Below are positions 38,853 through 48,865 of a DNA stretch of 64,000 nt, one piece after another (within the stretch, counting starts at the first letter, position 1; each line of letters opens with the position of its first letter). The notes under the pieces are model-generated. The model was not told the DNA's origin. It did not search any database and worked only from the letters and a program-made list of their open reading frames with translations. Made by a program: the position numbers and the translations under genes. This DNA comes from Chloroflexota bacterium (GTDB taxonomy: Bacteria; Chloroflexota; UBA11872; VXOZ01), in contig OZ242329.1 of the NCBI GenBank assembly GCA_965208315.1, positions 3,136,500-3,200,499 of the forward strand, given 5' to 3'.

Positions 38853-39386
38853 ATGCGTCGAAGTCTGTTCCGACTGCGCAGAAGTCTTGTCTTGATGGGT
38901 GTCGCGCTCATTGGGGCGATGCTTGTGTTGGCAGGGTGCAGCGTCGCCCAAGAATCCGACACTACGGCTGATGCCCCGGAGGCCAGCGGAGCCGCTATCA
39001 TCGAATACTTGAATGCGGCTGATTATCAGAACGCCTGGCAGCACCTGCCCGGGGTAGAGCCCATGTATACCGGGGGAGAGCCGCACGGCGCCTTGCTGAG
39101 CACGTATTTCAACGCGATCGCTCTGCAGGCGATTACCGACAAGGCGGGGAGCATTCCCGAAGGCGGCATGGTCGTCAAGGAGAACTACATGCCCGACGGC
39201 AAGCTGGCTGCAATCACGGTCATGTACAAGGCCGCCGGCTACGAGAATCCAGAAGCGAACAACTGGTTCTTCCTAAAGTATGCGCCTGATGGTGTGATCG
39301 AGGCCGAGGGCCCCGTCCAGGGCTGCACCGAGTGCCACGGCGACGTGCGCGACAACGACTTCCTCTTCACAGCGGATGTGAAGTAG
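38853..39386 (+). CDS. c-type haem lipoprotein, possibly cytochrome P460 / cytochrome c'-beta family
   Basis: Signal/lipobox MLVLAGCS. A single C-terminal CXXCH (CTECHG). Size about 177 aa, typical of P460 family members. Confidence 0.45.
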   Translation: MRRSLFRLRRSLVLMGVALIGAMLVLAGCSVAQESDTTADAPEASGAAIIEYLNAADYQNAWQHLPGVEPMYTGGEPHGALLSTYFNAIALQAITDKAGSIPEGGMVVKENYMPDGKLAAITVMYKAAGYENPEANNWFFLKYAPDGVIEAEGPVQGCTECHGDVRDNDFLFTADVK

Positions 39387-39447
39387 GTTAGCCATTCCCG
39401 GGAAGTGCGCGTCTCTCGCCGTGCACACCCTAAAGACGCCAAACACA

Positions 39448-39478
39448 ACGCCTGCGGGTGATTTGCCCGCAGGCGTTC
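39448..39478. terminator. bidirectional stem-loop terminator between convergent genes
   Basis: AACGCCTGCGGG-tgatttg-CCCGCAGGCGTT, a perfect 12-bp stem, flanked by short T-rich stretches on both strands. Confidence 0.5.
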
Positions 39479-39500
39479 TGCGTTTAATGAAGGTCTGTAT

Positions 39501-40052
39501 CTAGGCACGCGACAAAGTGGCAAGGGAAACCCTTGGTCCAACGAGTGTGTTGATAGCGATGTTTTCGTATTCTTCGCGCTTTAGTATCCGATCCGGCCCT
39601 ACCTTCACAAACTGCTTGTCAAATCTGGGAGATAATTTCTCGCCAATGCGGAAGTATCGGATGCGCATATTTGAGTGAGCGGTCTCATTGCCGTACTCAA
39701 TGTCGCAGACTGAACGGAGATACTCCAGAAACGGCAGTGACCGTCGCAACTGTTCTTTAGGTCCATTGTTGTCACTTAAGGTCTTCTTCAACTCCACAAA
39801 GATAGCGTACTCAATGCCATCAAAGGCATAGACTAGCAAGTAGTCGCAGATCCTCTTCCACGGGCCATCCTTGAGAACTGGCAAGTGACTCGACTTGCTC
39901 AGACGTATCGCAGCAACGGAAATGGATGGAGTAGACACGGTAACCTTCATTCTCGAATCCCGTTGACGTTCTCGGAGGCTGATGCTGCCATCCTTTTGAG
40001 GCTCTAGCACGTTTTGGGCTAAGACCTCTATCAGCCTACACCTCAGTGTCAT
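39501..40052 (-). CDS. small protein of the low-GC island; possible PD-(D/E)xK-like nuclease partner of the ATPase
   Basis: 183 aa. The start ATG lies 1 nt after the ATPase stop. AT-rich codon usage. FDGIEYAIFVELKK fits D-x9-E-x-K. Confidence 0.5.
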   Translation of the reverse strand: MTLRCRLIEVLAQNVLEPQKDGSISLRERQRDSRMKVTVSTPSISVAAIRLSKSSHLPVLKDGPWKRICDYLLVYAFDGIEYAIFVELKKTLSDNNGPKEQLRRSLPFLEYLRSVCDIEYGNETAHSNMRIRYFRIGEKLSPRFDKQFVKVGPDRILKREEYENIAINTLVGPRVSLATLSRA

Positions 40053-40053
40053 T

Positions 40054-41505
40054 TCACGCTTCCACGTCTTCTGTTAGTCGCGACGCTAGTTCGTTTGCTG
40101 CGGTATTGATTTGGTCGATCGTCTTGTCAAAGACCGGCATGTCAATGCCAAACGTGTCCACTTCGCATCGACGCAATGTGCTCTCTTCAGCGACGTATGC
40201 CCGCACGGATTCTGGCGCTAGAAAGTCATCCTCCTGGTATTTTAGCTTCTTGATAACATCTTTCTTATCCGGAAAGGACCTGCTAAGCATTATGAGGTTG
40301 TTGATCTCTTTGATTAGATAGTCACTATGCGTGGTTATTAGCACCCTCAAGCCGGCCCCCACACATCGTGCCAGCAGGCGTGCAAGTAGAATTTGATTTG
40401 CCGTGTCAAGATGACTCTCTGGTTCGTCGATGATGAGAAGGTGGTTATCCCGCGCAATGTGCCGAAAGAAGAAATACAAGTCAGACAAACCGCGCGCGGA
40501 TGATGACGCCCGGTGCAAAGGTATGGAAAAGCTCCGCTCCTTACGCGCTTTCGACCTGAATTGGATGTCATCACCCTTACTTCTGTAGTAACCTTCCATC
40601 ATGTCCTTGATATCATCAAAAAGCTTGTCTTCATAAAGTGCACTTCTCTCCCTTTCAAGATCGGCGATACTTCTGGTGTAGTCAATATTGTCCTTTATTG
40701 GAAGCGCGTAGCGGCTAGTGAAGGTATCTATCAGAGAAACCGGTGAGAAACGCTTTCTGTTCTTGTCATCCCGCATCATTTGTAGCCAGTCGACCAATCT
40801 ATTCTTGGTGAAGTCGAGTTCTTTGTAGAAAAGCGAAATACCAAAGCGCTCGGCAGATAGAACGAACGGGGTAGTGACGAGTTCCGGGAAGAGGAAATGA
40901 AGGTAGAGAGATGCGAGATACTCTACAGTTTCAGAATGATCCCACCGTCGGTTCTCAATGCCACTCCTTGCTAAAAGCAAAGACTCTCCATCATAGCGAA
41001 CCGAAAATGTGTCCCCGGCTTGATTTGTCGTTTTGACAACTCTACTACCTCTGGGAAAGTCATCACTCAACGCTACCTCAATTGATGCCCCTTCGAAGGC
41101 GCTGGTTGGCGAACTAAACACATCAGCCAGGGCAACTTCTGAGAAAGCATGCGTCACGGCCCCGGCCAGTAGGTGTCGCTCCTGATTGAGTGTATTCCAG
41201 TCGACGATTCGTCTAGCCTGCCCAAGTTCCATCACCTCTGTTGCGAGTCCTTCCACTATTAGGGAGCGCACTGAGGGATCATAGCGGGAGAACTCGTCCC
41301 CTGTGAGGAAGTACTCAACATCTGGCCATACTCTCCACATCTTTAGGAAGCCATAGAGCGTGTAGACCAGGTACGTCTTACCGGTGTTGTTGTGACCGGC
41401 GATCAATGTGAGATCGCCCAACTCGAGTTCGGCCTCGTTGATGGGACCAATCTTCTTGAAACGAAACTTCATCGGATTTGACGGTGAATTATCGTTAGCA
41501 GTCAT
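40054..41505 (-). CDS. ABC/AAA_21-type ATPase (SMC/RecF-like head, no coiled coil, no TOPRIM) of the low-GC island
   Basis: Walker A LIAGHNNTGKTY, signature-like ASSSARGLSDLYFF, Walker B/D-loop HLLIIDEPESHLD, H-loop VLITTHSDYL. An AAGGA RBS precedes the MTANDN ATG. GC is much lower than in the flanking DNA. Confidence 0.7.
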   Translation of the reverse strand: MTANDNSPSNPMKFRFKKIGPINEAELELGDLTLIAGHNNTGKTYLVYTLYGFLKMWRVWPDVEYFLTGDEFSRYDPSVRSLIVEGLATEVMELGQARRIVDWNTLNQERHLLAGAVTHAFSEVALADVFSSPTSAFEGASIEVALSDDFPRGSRVVKTTNQAGDTFSVRYDGESLLLARSGIENRRWDHSETVEYLASLYLHFLFPELVTTPFVLSAERFGISLFYKELDFTKNRLVDWLQMMRDDKNRKRFSPVSLIDTFTSRYALPIKDNIDYTRSIADLERERSALYEDKLFDDIKDMMEGYYRSKGDDIQFRSKARKERSFSIPLHRASSSARGLSDLYFFFRHIARDNHLLIIDEPESHLDTANQILLARLLARCVGAGLRVLITTHSDYLIKEINNLIMLSRSFPDKKDVIKKLKYQEDDFLAPESVRAYVAEESTLRRCEVDTFGIDMPVFDKTIDQINTAANELASRLTEDVEA

Positions 41506-41611
41506 TGCGCCAATCCTTGCATGGCGGCAGTGCGCCAATGGAAACAGAATGTGTCTTGCACAATGCGGAGCCTATCAAATATACAGTTCAATTCTAGCGT
41601 CTAAAGGCAAC

Positions 41612-42055
41612 TCAGCGCGCAGTGGCTTCTTTATTCAGCCTTGTGAAGAACTGCTTCATGAGCAGTTTGGCGGCTTGGGCCATGAGGCGTTGGCCGACGC
41701 GGGCCAGGGTGCCGCCGGCTTGGGCGTCGCCGGCGACGTGGATGGTGGTGACGCCAGGCTTCTTCTCGGCGAGAGAGAAAGTCCCTTCGCCTTTCACAAA
41801 ACCGGGTCCGCCGCTGCCTTCCACGATCATGCGGTAGCCGTGGGGCGGGTCGCGGTCGGCCACCGCCACCGTGCCCTGGTAGCGGCCTTTGATGCCGGCC
41901 ACGCCCACGTTCAGGGTGGCCGCGAAGGTGTCGTCGACTGTCGGTTCCAGCTTCTCGCAGCCGGGGATGCATACCGCGAGCACGTCCGGGTTTTGCAGCA
42001 ATGCCCACACGTGATCTCTGCCCGCTTTGATCGTGAACGTACCTTCAACCTTCAT
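41612..42055 (-). CDS. SRPBCC-family protein, CoxG-like
   Basis: MKVEGTFTIKAGRDHVWALLQNPDVLAVCIPGCEKLE is typical of CoxG. Confidence 0.65.
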   Translation of the reverse strand: MKVEGTFTIKAGRDHVWALLQNPDVLAVCIPGCEKLEPTVDDTFAATLNVGVAGIKGRYQGTVAVADRDPPHGYRMIVEGSGGPGFVKGEGTFSLAEKKPGVTTIHVAGDAQAGGTLARVGQRLMAQAAKLLMKQFFTRLNKEATAR

Positions 42056-42275
42056 ACGTTATGCCCTTAATCGCTTCGCGTGGCCCAGTTCTCTTCAATC
42101 ATACCGCCAACCATGGGCGGTATCCTAATCTCCTGACTACACCGCGCGTTGCAGCCGGCCGCAGAGACTGTCCGCAGCTTGTGTGCGGTTGTAAATCGTG
42201 GTATAGTGGTTTTCCACTATTAGGAATGGTTCTCAATACTTCGCAGGGCACTTGTAGCATGGATCGAGGGAGTGT

Positions 42276-45200
42276 ATGGCAACGGCACAGAAAGCGGATT
42301 CCGTAAGCACAAGTTGGCGGCTTGCCAGTCTCACCAAGGGCGTGCGCGGTCGGATTGTTCTGGCCGCGCTTTTTGGATTGGGCGCCGTAACGACCGGCGT
42401 GGCGCGGCTTTCGCTCTCCGGTACTGCGGTAGCGATGGTCTTCGAGCAGAAGCCCTTCATGGAAATTCTTGTGATTCTGCTCGGCGTGCTATTTCTGCCA
42501 ATGCTGCGCATCGTCTTTACCATGGCGCAGCAGTTCATCGCCCACGAGACCGCGGCCAAGATGAAAGTCAAACTGCGCACCGCCCTTTACAAGCACTTGC
42601 TGCGGCTGGGTCCGGGTTTCACGCAGAAGCAACGCACCGGCGAGGTAGTAGTGAAAGCCGTGGACTCGGTAGAGCAGCTTGAGACGTTTTTCGGTCGCTA
42701 CCTGCCGCAGCTTGTGGTGGCAGGAATAGCTCCGATTGGCATTCTCATCTTCATGACGATTCTCGATTGGCATTCCGCCGTCATCTTCCTGACATTTGCC
42801 GTGCTCACCTACGTGGCGCCGACGTTCTTCCGCCGGGCCACGTACCGTGCCAGTGGTGGGCGCTGGCAGGCCAACCGCAAGCTCAGCGCGGACTTCATCG
42901 ACGCCATTCAGGGTCTTGCCACCTTGAAGATCTTCGGCCGCAGCACGGACTGGGGCCACATGCTCGCCGACCGTGCCCGCGCGCTCTCGAAGACCACCAT
43001 GAAGGTGCTGGGCATCAACATCGCGGCCGGCGGCGTGAGCATGCTCTTCATGAGCCTCGGCGCCGCATTGGTGCTCGCCTGGGGCGCGGTGCGGGTCGAT
43101 CAAGGCACGCTTGAAATAACCCCGCTCATGATTGTGCTTTTCTTAGGCGTGGAGATCTTTCGCCCACTACGGGAACTCAACCAGCTCTACCACACGGGTC
43201 TGCTCGGCATTTCGTCGGCGATCGGCATGTTCTCGCTTCTCGATGAGAAACCGGAGGTCGTGGACGCCGCCGACCGTGCCACTGCAAGTGACGGAGCGGC
43301 CCCGACTGTCGTAAATGAAGCAGCGCTGGATCCCAGCGTGGACTTCGAGAACATCACCTTCACCTACGAACAAGGCAACCGACCCGCGTTGCAGGATGTT
43401 TCCTTCTCCGTGCCGGCGGGCAGCACGCTGGGCATCGTGGGTCCGTCCGGGGCAGGCAAGACGACGGTTACAAACTTGCTGTTGCGCTTTTTCGATCCCC
43501 AGTCGGGCCGCATCATGCTTGGCGGTCACGACCTGTGCGACATTCCGTTGGAAACTCTGCGGCAGCAGGTATCTATCGTCGCCCAGGACACGTATCTCTT
43601 CCACGGCACGGTGCTGGAGAACATTCGCCTCGCCCGCCCCGACGCTTCCGATGAAGAAGTGCTCGCAGCGGCGCGCGCGGCAAATGCCCACGAGTTCATC
43701 CCACGATTGCTAGATGGTTACAACACGATCATCGGTGAACGCGGCCAGAAGCTCTCCGGCGGCCAGCGGCAACGCTTGGCTATCGCGCGGGCCATTCTCA
43801 AAGACGCACCTATTCTCATTCTCGATGAGGCTACCTCACACGTGGACAGCGGCAACGAAGCGGTCATACAAGAGGCGCTGGAGCGTCTCATGCAAAATCG
43901 GACGACGATAGTTATCGCTCATCGCCTGTCCACGGTGGTCGGCGCCGACCAAATCATCGTGTTGGATCTAGGCGCGTGCGTGGAACGGGGTTCCCACGGC
44001 GAACTTATGGCGTATGACGGCGTCTATGCGCGTCTGGTAGCGGCGCAATCGCGGCAGCCGGTGGCCCCAGAAGACGCTGACGCGACCGGAGCGCTTGGTT
44101 CCGTCGCGACAAATGGGAATACCGTACAGACCAACGCCATTGCCGGGCTTGATCGCACAGGCAAGAAACGCAAGTCTGATGACAAGGCCGATAACGACGG
44201 CCACTTTCTGCGCAGCGCCGGTCACGCCAAGCCCATCGAGCCGGTCGCAATCGGCGCATGGGAAACGAGCAGCCGCCTCATGCGGCTCATTCGCCCGGAG
44301 TGGCTGGAGTTCGCCATTACCGTCGGCAGCGGCCTGGTAAAGGCGGGAGCTACCATCGCGCTTGGTGTTGCCAGCGCCATGTTGGCCGGCCGTGTGGCCA
44401 CTGACGGCGGGCTGGGGGCCTTGATCCCAATCGTCCTCGCGCTCGCGGTGACGGTGGCGCTCTTTACTTGGATCGAGTCCTGGATTTCCCACGATATGGC
44501 CTACCGCATTCTGGCTGACATGCGCATCAAGCTCTTTGACACACTGGACCGCCTCGCGCCAGCGTACATGTACAGCCGCCGCAGCGGGGACCTGACAAGC
44601 GTTGTGACGTCCGATATCGAGACCGTCGAGTCGTTCTTCGCCCATGCTGCCGGCCCGATCCTGGTCGCCATCATGGTGCCGCTGGTCGCCCTGGCCTTCT
44701 TGCTCAACATGTCGTGGCTGCTCGCGCTTTCCCTGGTGCCGTTCCTCATTCTGGTCGGCCTGAGCCCCCACTACATCGGCAGGCACACGGACCGGTTGGG
44801 CAACCGGCTGCGCGCGGAGCTTGGCGAGGTCAACGCCCACATGGCGGACAGCGTGCAGGGGCTGCGCGAGGTGGTAGTCTTTTCGCAGGACGGCAGGCGT
44901 TTGCAGGAAATCCACGACAAGAGCGATGCGCTTACGGGCTTGCAAATACGCTATGGCAGGCAACTCGGTTTCCAGCAAGGCGCCATCGAGGGCATCCAAG
45001 CGGTCGGCGCGCTCGTCGTGCTCATATTGGGCGCGTATCTCGTCAATGAAGGGCTTATGGGAGCGGCGGCTTTGCCGGTAGCAACGATGCTGGCTTTGAC
45101 CTGCTTTACGCCGGTAGCCGAAATCGCCCGCATCGTCAAGGAACTGGCAAACGCCTTCGGTTCCGGGCGCCGCGTTTTTGCCGTGCAGGACGAACCGGTG

Positions 45201-45974
45201 CCGGTAGACGACGGAGATGCCGTCTCGCCCGAAACCGCCGCAGTTCCCGCACTGCAATTCGAAGACGTCTGGTTCAATTACGGACCGGGAGAGCCGCAGG
45301 CCCTGAGCAGCGTTTCATTTTCAGTAGATGCCGGTCAGACAGTCGCCTTGGTAGGGCCTTCCGGCGCGGGCAAGACCACTGTTGCGCACCTGCTCATGCG
45401 CTTCTGGGACCCCCAGCAGGGCAAGATCACTTTCGGCGGCCACGATATTCGCGGCTTCACGCTCGACGACTTGCGCAGCCGCATCTCGCTCGTCTCCCAG
45501 GACATTTATCTCTTCAACATGAGCATCCGGGAGAACCTGCGCTTGGCGCGGCCTGATGCCACCGATGCAGAGATCGAGGCAGCGGCTAAGATGGCCAGCG
45601 CCCACGAATTCATCCAGACGTTCCCGCAGGGTTACGATTCCGTCATCGGCGAACGGGGCACGTCGATTTCCGGCGGGCAGCGCCAGCGATTAGCAATTGC
45701 CCGTGCTCTGCTGAAGCAAGCGCCGATTCTCATCCTGGACGAAGCCACGTCCCATCTCGACACGGAGAACGAACGCGAGGTGCGGGCGGCCATTGCTGAG
45801 CTGATGGAGGGCCGCACCACCCTTGTCATCGCGCATCGCTTGTCGACAGTGCGTGATGCAGACAACATTATCGTTCTCGACGACGGGCGCGTCACCCAGC
45901 AAGGCACTCACGACGAACTGCTGGACTCCACAGGCACGTATGCCGAGCTTGTCCGGGTTCAAGTCCAAATCTAG
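42276..45974 (+). CDS. fused tandem ABC transporter (two TMD-NBD halves; CydDC/MsbA-like exporter)
   Basis: Two full NBD motif sets: GPSGAGKTTVTNLL/LSGGQRQRLAIARA/LILDEATSHVD and GPSGAGKTTVAHLL/ISGGQRQRLAIARA/LILDEATSHLD. Each follows a 6-TM domain. 1232 aa. Confidence 0.85.
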   Translation: MATAQKADSVSTSWRLASLTKGVRGRIVLAALFGLGAVTTGVARLSLSGTAVAMVFEQKPFMEILVILLGVLFLPMLRIVFTMAQQFIAHETAAKMKVKLRTALYKHLLRLGPGFTQKQRTGEVVVKAVDSVEQLETFFGRYLPQLVVAGIAPIGILIFMTILDWHSAVIFLTFAVLTYVAPTFFRRATYRASGGRWQANRKLSADFIDAIQGLATLKIFGRSTDWGHMLADRARALSKTTMKVLGINIAAGGVSMLFMSLGAALVLAWGAVRVDQGTLEITPLMIVLFLGVEIFRPLRELNQLYHTGLLGISSAIGMFSLLDEKPEVVDAADRATASDGAAPTVVNEAALDPSVDFENITFTYEQGNRPALQDVSFSVPAGSTLGIVGPSGAGKTTVTNLLLRFFDPQSGRIMLGGHDLCDIPLETLRQQVSIVAQDTYLFHGTVLENIRLARPDASDEEVLAAARAANAHEFIPRLLDGYNTIIGERGQKLSGGQRQRLAIARAILKDAPILILDEATSHVDSGNEAVIQEALERLMQNRTTIVIAHRLSTVVGADQIIVLDLGACVERGSHGELMAYDGVYARLVAAQSRQPVAPEDADATGALGSVATNGNTVQTNAIAGLDRTGKKRKSDDKADNDGHFLRSAGHAKPIEPVAIGAWETSSRLMRLIRPEWLEFAITVGSGLVKAGATIALGVASAMLAGRVATDGGLGALIPIVLALAVTVALFTWIESWISHDMAYRILADMRIKLFDTLDRLAPAYMYSRRSGDLTSVVTSDIETVESFFAHAAGPILVAIMVPLVALAFLLNMSWLLALSLVPFLILVGLSPHYIGRHTDRLGNRLRAELGEVNAHMADSVQGLREVVVFSQDGRRLQEIHDKSDALTGLQIRYGRQLGFQQGAIEGIQAVGALVVLILGAYLVNEGLMGAAALPVATMLALTCFTPVAEIARIVKELANAFGSGRRVFAVQDEPVPVDDGDAVSPETAAVPALQFEDVWFNYGPGEPQALSSVSFSVDAGQTVALVGPSGAGKTTVAHLLMRFWDPQQGKITFGGHDIRGFTLDDLRSRISLVSQDIYLFNMSIRENLRLARPDATDAEIEAAAKMASAHEFIQTFPQGYDSVIGERGTSISGGQRQRLAIARALLKQAPILILDEATSHLDTENEREVRAAIAELMEGRTTLVIAHRLSTVRDADNIIVLDDGRVTQQGTHDELLDSTGTYAELVRVQVQI

Positions 45975-46044
45975 CGGGCACAGGCTGTTGAAAGATTCGG
46001 TATCCGTTCATCCTTCGACAAGCTCAGGACGAACGGTTGTCCTG

Positions 46045-47073
46045 CTACGGAAAGAGCGGCTTGGCTTCCAGCCCCATGGTTTCCGGCAGGCCGAGCATGG
46101 CGTTAGCGTTCTGCAGCGCTTGGCCGGAGGCGCCCTTAACCAGATTGTCGATGGCGGTAGTGACGATGAGGTGCTCCGTGCGTTCGTGCACCACCGGATG
46201 AATGAGACAGTGGTTGCTCCCGTAGGTCCACTTGGTCTTGGGTGAGACCGCAAGCACCTGCACGAACGGCTCGTCGGCGTAACGGGCGTGATAGAGGTCG
46301 TCCACTTCCCGCTGGGTAACGGCACTGGCGAGTGTGGCGTAGCAGGTCGCCAGGATGCCGCGGGTCATGGGAATGAGGTGCGGGACGAAAGTCACTTGCA
46401 CGTCCGTGCCCGCCACTTCGCTCAGTTCCTGTACGATTTCCGGCATATGCCGGTGGCCCTGCAGCGCATAGGCTTCCACGCTCTCATTGACTTCCGAATA
46501 ATGATTCGTCAGCGTGAGGCTGCGACCGCCGCCGGAGATGCCGGACTTGGCGTCTACGATCACAGCAGGGGGAATGAGTCTTTCTGCTAGTGCTGGCGCT
46601 AATCCCAAGATAGCGCCGGTGGGATAGCAGCCCGGATTTGCCACGATCTTGGCCTGTTGCACCTCCTCCCGGTGCAACTCGGTCAGGCCAAAGACGGCGC
46701 TCTCCAGGTAATCCGGGCACGGGTGCTCCTGATACCACTCCTGGTAGGTCTCCGGGTCATGGAGCCGAAAGTCGGCAGCGATATCTACCACCGGAACACC
46801 GTCCTGAATGAACGGCAGCAGAGCCTCCGCCGAGGCCTTGTGGGGCAGTCCGGAAAAGACGAGGTCCACCTCCGTGGTAATGTCTTCCGTTATCGTCATC
46901 TCGGCAAGATCGCCGTTGGGAAAGAGGCCCGTAAACGGGAAGACCTCGCCCAGGCTCTTGCCAGCCTGGCTGCGGCCAGTGACGGCGACAATCTGCATCT
47001 CTGGGTGCCAGGCCAGCAGCCGGATGAGTTCCAGTCCGGCATAGCCGGTGACGTTCAATATGCCAATGCGCAT
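46045..47073 (-). CDS. argC: N-acetyl-gamma-glutamyl-phosphate reductase
   Basis: MRIGILNVTGYAGLELIRLL. Active-site Cys region GCYPTG. GGAG RBS before the ATG at 47073; the track start is a TTG. Confidence 0.9.
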   Translation of the reverse strand: MRIGILNVTGYAGLELIRLLAWHPEMQIVAVTGRSQAGKSLGEVFPFTGLFPNGDLAEMTITEDITTEVDLVFSGLPHKASAEALLPFIQDGVPVVDIAADFRLHDPETYQEWYQEHPCPDYLESAVFGLTELHREEVQQAKIVANPGCYPTGAILGLAPALAERLIPPAVIVDAKSGISGGGRSLTLTNHYSEVNESVEAYALQGHRHMPEIVQELSEVAGTDVQVTFVPHLIPMTRGILATCYATLASAVTQREVDDLYHARYADEPFVQVLAVSPKTKWTYGSNHCLIHPVVHERTEHLIVTTAIDNLVKGASGQALQNANAMLGLPETMGLEAKPLFP

Positions 47074-47184
47074 CCTAGTACTCCGCTTCAAAACAGAAAG
47101 TGCAAGACTAAACGAGTGAGGTTCTCGCGGCTAGCGTAAGAGGATAGAGATTCAGTATAACCAAACACCGCTGCCGCGTAAATC

Positions 47185-48054
47185 CTAGCGTGTAGCAATA
47201 ATCACGAGGATCAGGGCTGCCAGTCCGATGCGATAGAGCGCCAGCGGCCAGAGCCTGCCACGCTGCAGGTAGCGCAAGAAGACGCGGATACAGAGATATC
47301 CCACCACCAGCGCGCTGAGAAATCCCACTATGAAGAGCGTGCCGCCGTTGCCGCTCAGGGCCGCGCTATCGAGGTGACGCGCTTCCCAAATGCCCGCGCC
47401 GAAGATTATCGGAGCCATGAGCAGGAACGAGAAACGCGCGGCTTGCACCCGGCTCAAGCCCAGCAGCATGCCCATCGTGATGGTGCTGCCGGAGCGGGAC
47501 ACTCCCGGCACGGTGGCCAGCGCTTGGGCGAATCCGATGAGCAAGGCTTCCCGCCAACCAAGGCTGTCCAGACCTTTTTCACCGCTATGCCGAGCATCCA
47601 CTACCCACAGAATCACGCCAACCCCGGCGAGGGCAGCGGCGATGATCCAGGGCGAACGGAGGACTGTGGCGGCAGCTTCTTCAAGCAGCAGACCGGCGAC
47701 CACCGCGGGCAGCGTGGCGAGCACGAGCAGCCACGCCAGCTTACGCTCGGGCTCGGCTTGGATATTCCGGTCGCGAATAGAGGTTAAGAAAGCAGTGGCG
47801 AGCGACAGAACGTCGCGCCAGAATACCAGCAGGACGGCAAAGAGCGTACCCACGTGCAGCGCTACCGCAAACGGCAGGCTGTTCAGGACCGGCGACGACC
47901 ACCGGAACGCCCAGGGCAGAATGGCAAGGTGGCCGGAACTGGAAATCGGCAGAAATTCGGTGATTCCCTGCACGATCCCAAGTATGATAGCTGCGATCAC
48001 ATCGCTATCCCACCACGCTGCCCCGGCGGCAAGCGAAAAGGTCTGGTATGGCAT
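47185..48054 (-). CDS. uppP: undecaprenyl-diphosphate phosphatase
   Basis: GITEFLPISSSGHL and PGVSRSGSTI motifs. 8 TM helices. Confidence 0.85.
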   Translation of the reverse strand: MPYQTFSLAAGAAWWDSDVIAAIILGIVQGITEFLPISSSGHLAILPWAFRWSSPVLNSLPFAVALHVGTLFAVLLVFWRDVLSLATAFLTSIRDRNIQAEPERKLAWLLVLATLPAVVAGLLLEEAAATVLRSPWIIAAALAGVGVILWVVDARHSGEKGLDSLGWREALLIGFAQALATVPGVSRSGSTITMGMLLGLSRVQAARFSFLLMAPIIFGAGIWEARHLDSAALSGNGGTLFIVGFLSALVVGYLCIRVFLRYLQRGRLWPLALYRIGLAALILVIIATR

Positions 48055-48073
48055 CTACGTCCTTGGATTCCGT

Positions 48074-48865
48074 CTAGGTCGTGCGGCGCGCCTGCTCGAC
48101 TTCTCTAATCCTGGCTACTATTGCCGCACTCCCCGCGACCACGGAGCCAACTTGCGGCGAGGTCACGGGGGAGCCGTTCATTGCGACATATGCGCCTTCC
48201 GCTTCCTGTACGATCAGCAGCGCGGCGGCCATGTCCCAGGGCTCCAACCGATGGTGAAAGAACCCGCTCAAACGTCCCGCGGCGACGTAGCATAAGGCAA
48301 GCGCCGCCGAACCTGTGATGCGGAGTCCGGCAACCTGAGGTCGCAGCGCCGCAGCGAGGGCCATGCTCTCGGAGGAGGCCGGCTCATTGTGTCCCAGGTC
48401 AAAGCCGAGCAGTGCGTCATGCCAGGCAACGCCTCTGCGCACTGTGATCCTTTCACCATTCCACGTCGCGCCCTTTCCGGCCTCAGCCACAAAGAGATCG
48501 TCCAAGAGGGGATCGTACACAACGCCGACGACCGGTCGCTTGCGTTCCACCAATGCAATGCTCACGGTAAACAGGGGAAAGCGATTGGCAACATTGAGCG
48601 TGCCGTCGACTGGGTCAACGATCCACGTCGGTTCGTCGGACAGCGGACGTGCGGTAAGCTCTTCGGACAGGAAGTGATGGCTGGGAAATGCGGTGCTAAT
48701 TCGCTCCTGTACGAGGTCGTTTACGGCGAGGTCGAGGCCGGTGACATAGTCTCCCCGGCCTTTGGTCGCAACAATCGCAGCGTCGGCTGCATTCTTTCGC
48801 AGATATGCTCCGGATTCTTGCGCTGCGGCCGTAGCGACCGCAACGGGCGACAATTGCATGATCAA
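48074..48865 (-). CDS. inositol monophosphatase family protein
   Basis: WIVDPVDGT and DYVTGLDLA motifs. Confidence 0.8.
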   Translation of the reverse strand: MIMQLSPVAVATAAAQESGAYLRKNAADAAIVATKGRGDYVTGLDLAVNDLVQERISTAFPSHHFLSEELTARPLSDEPTWIVDPVDGTLNVANRFPLFTVSIALVERKRPVVGVVYDPLLDDLFVAEAGKGATWNGERITVRRGVAWHDALLGFDLGHNEPASSESMALAAALRPQVAGLRITGSAALALCYVAAGRLSGFFHHRLEPWDMAAALLIVQEAEGAYVAMNGSPVTSPQVGSVVAGSAAIVARIREVEQARRTT

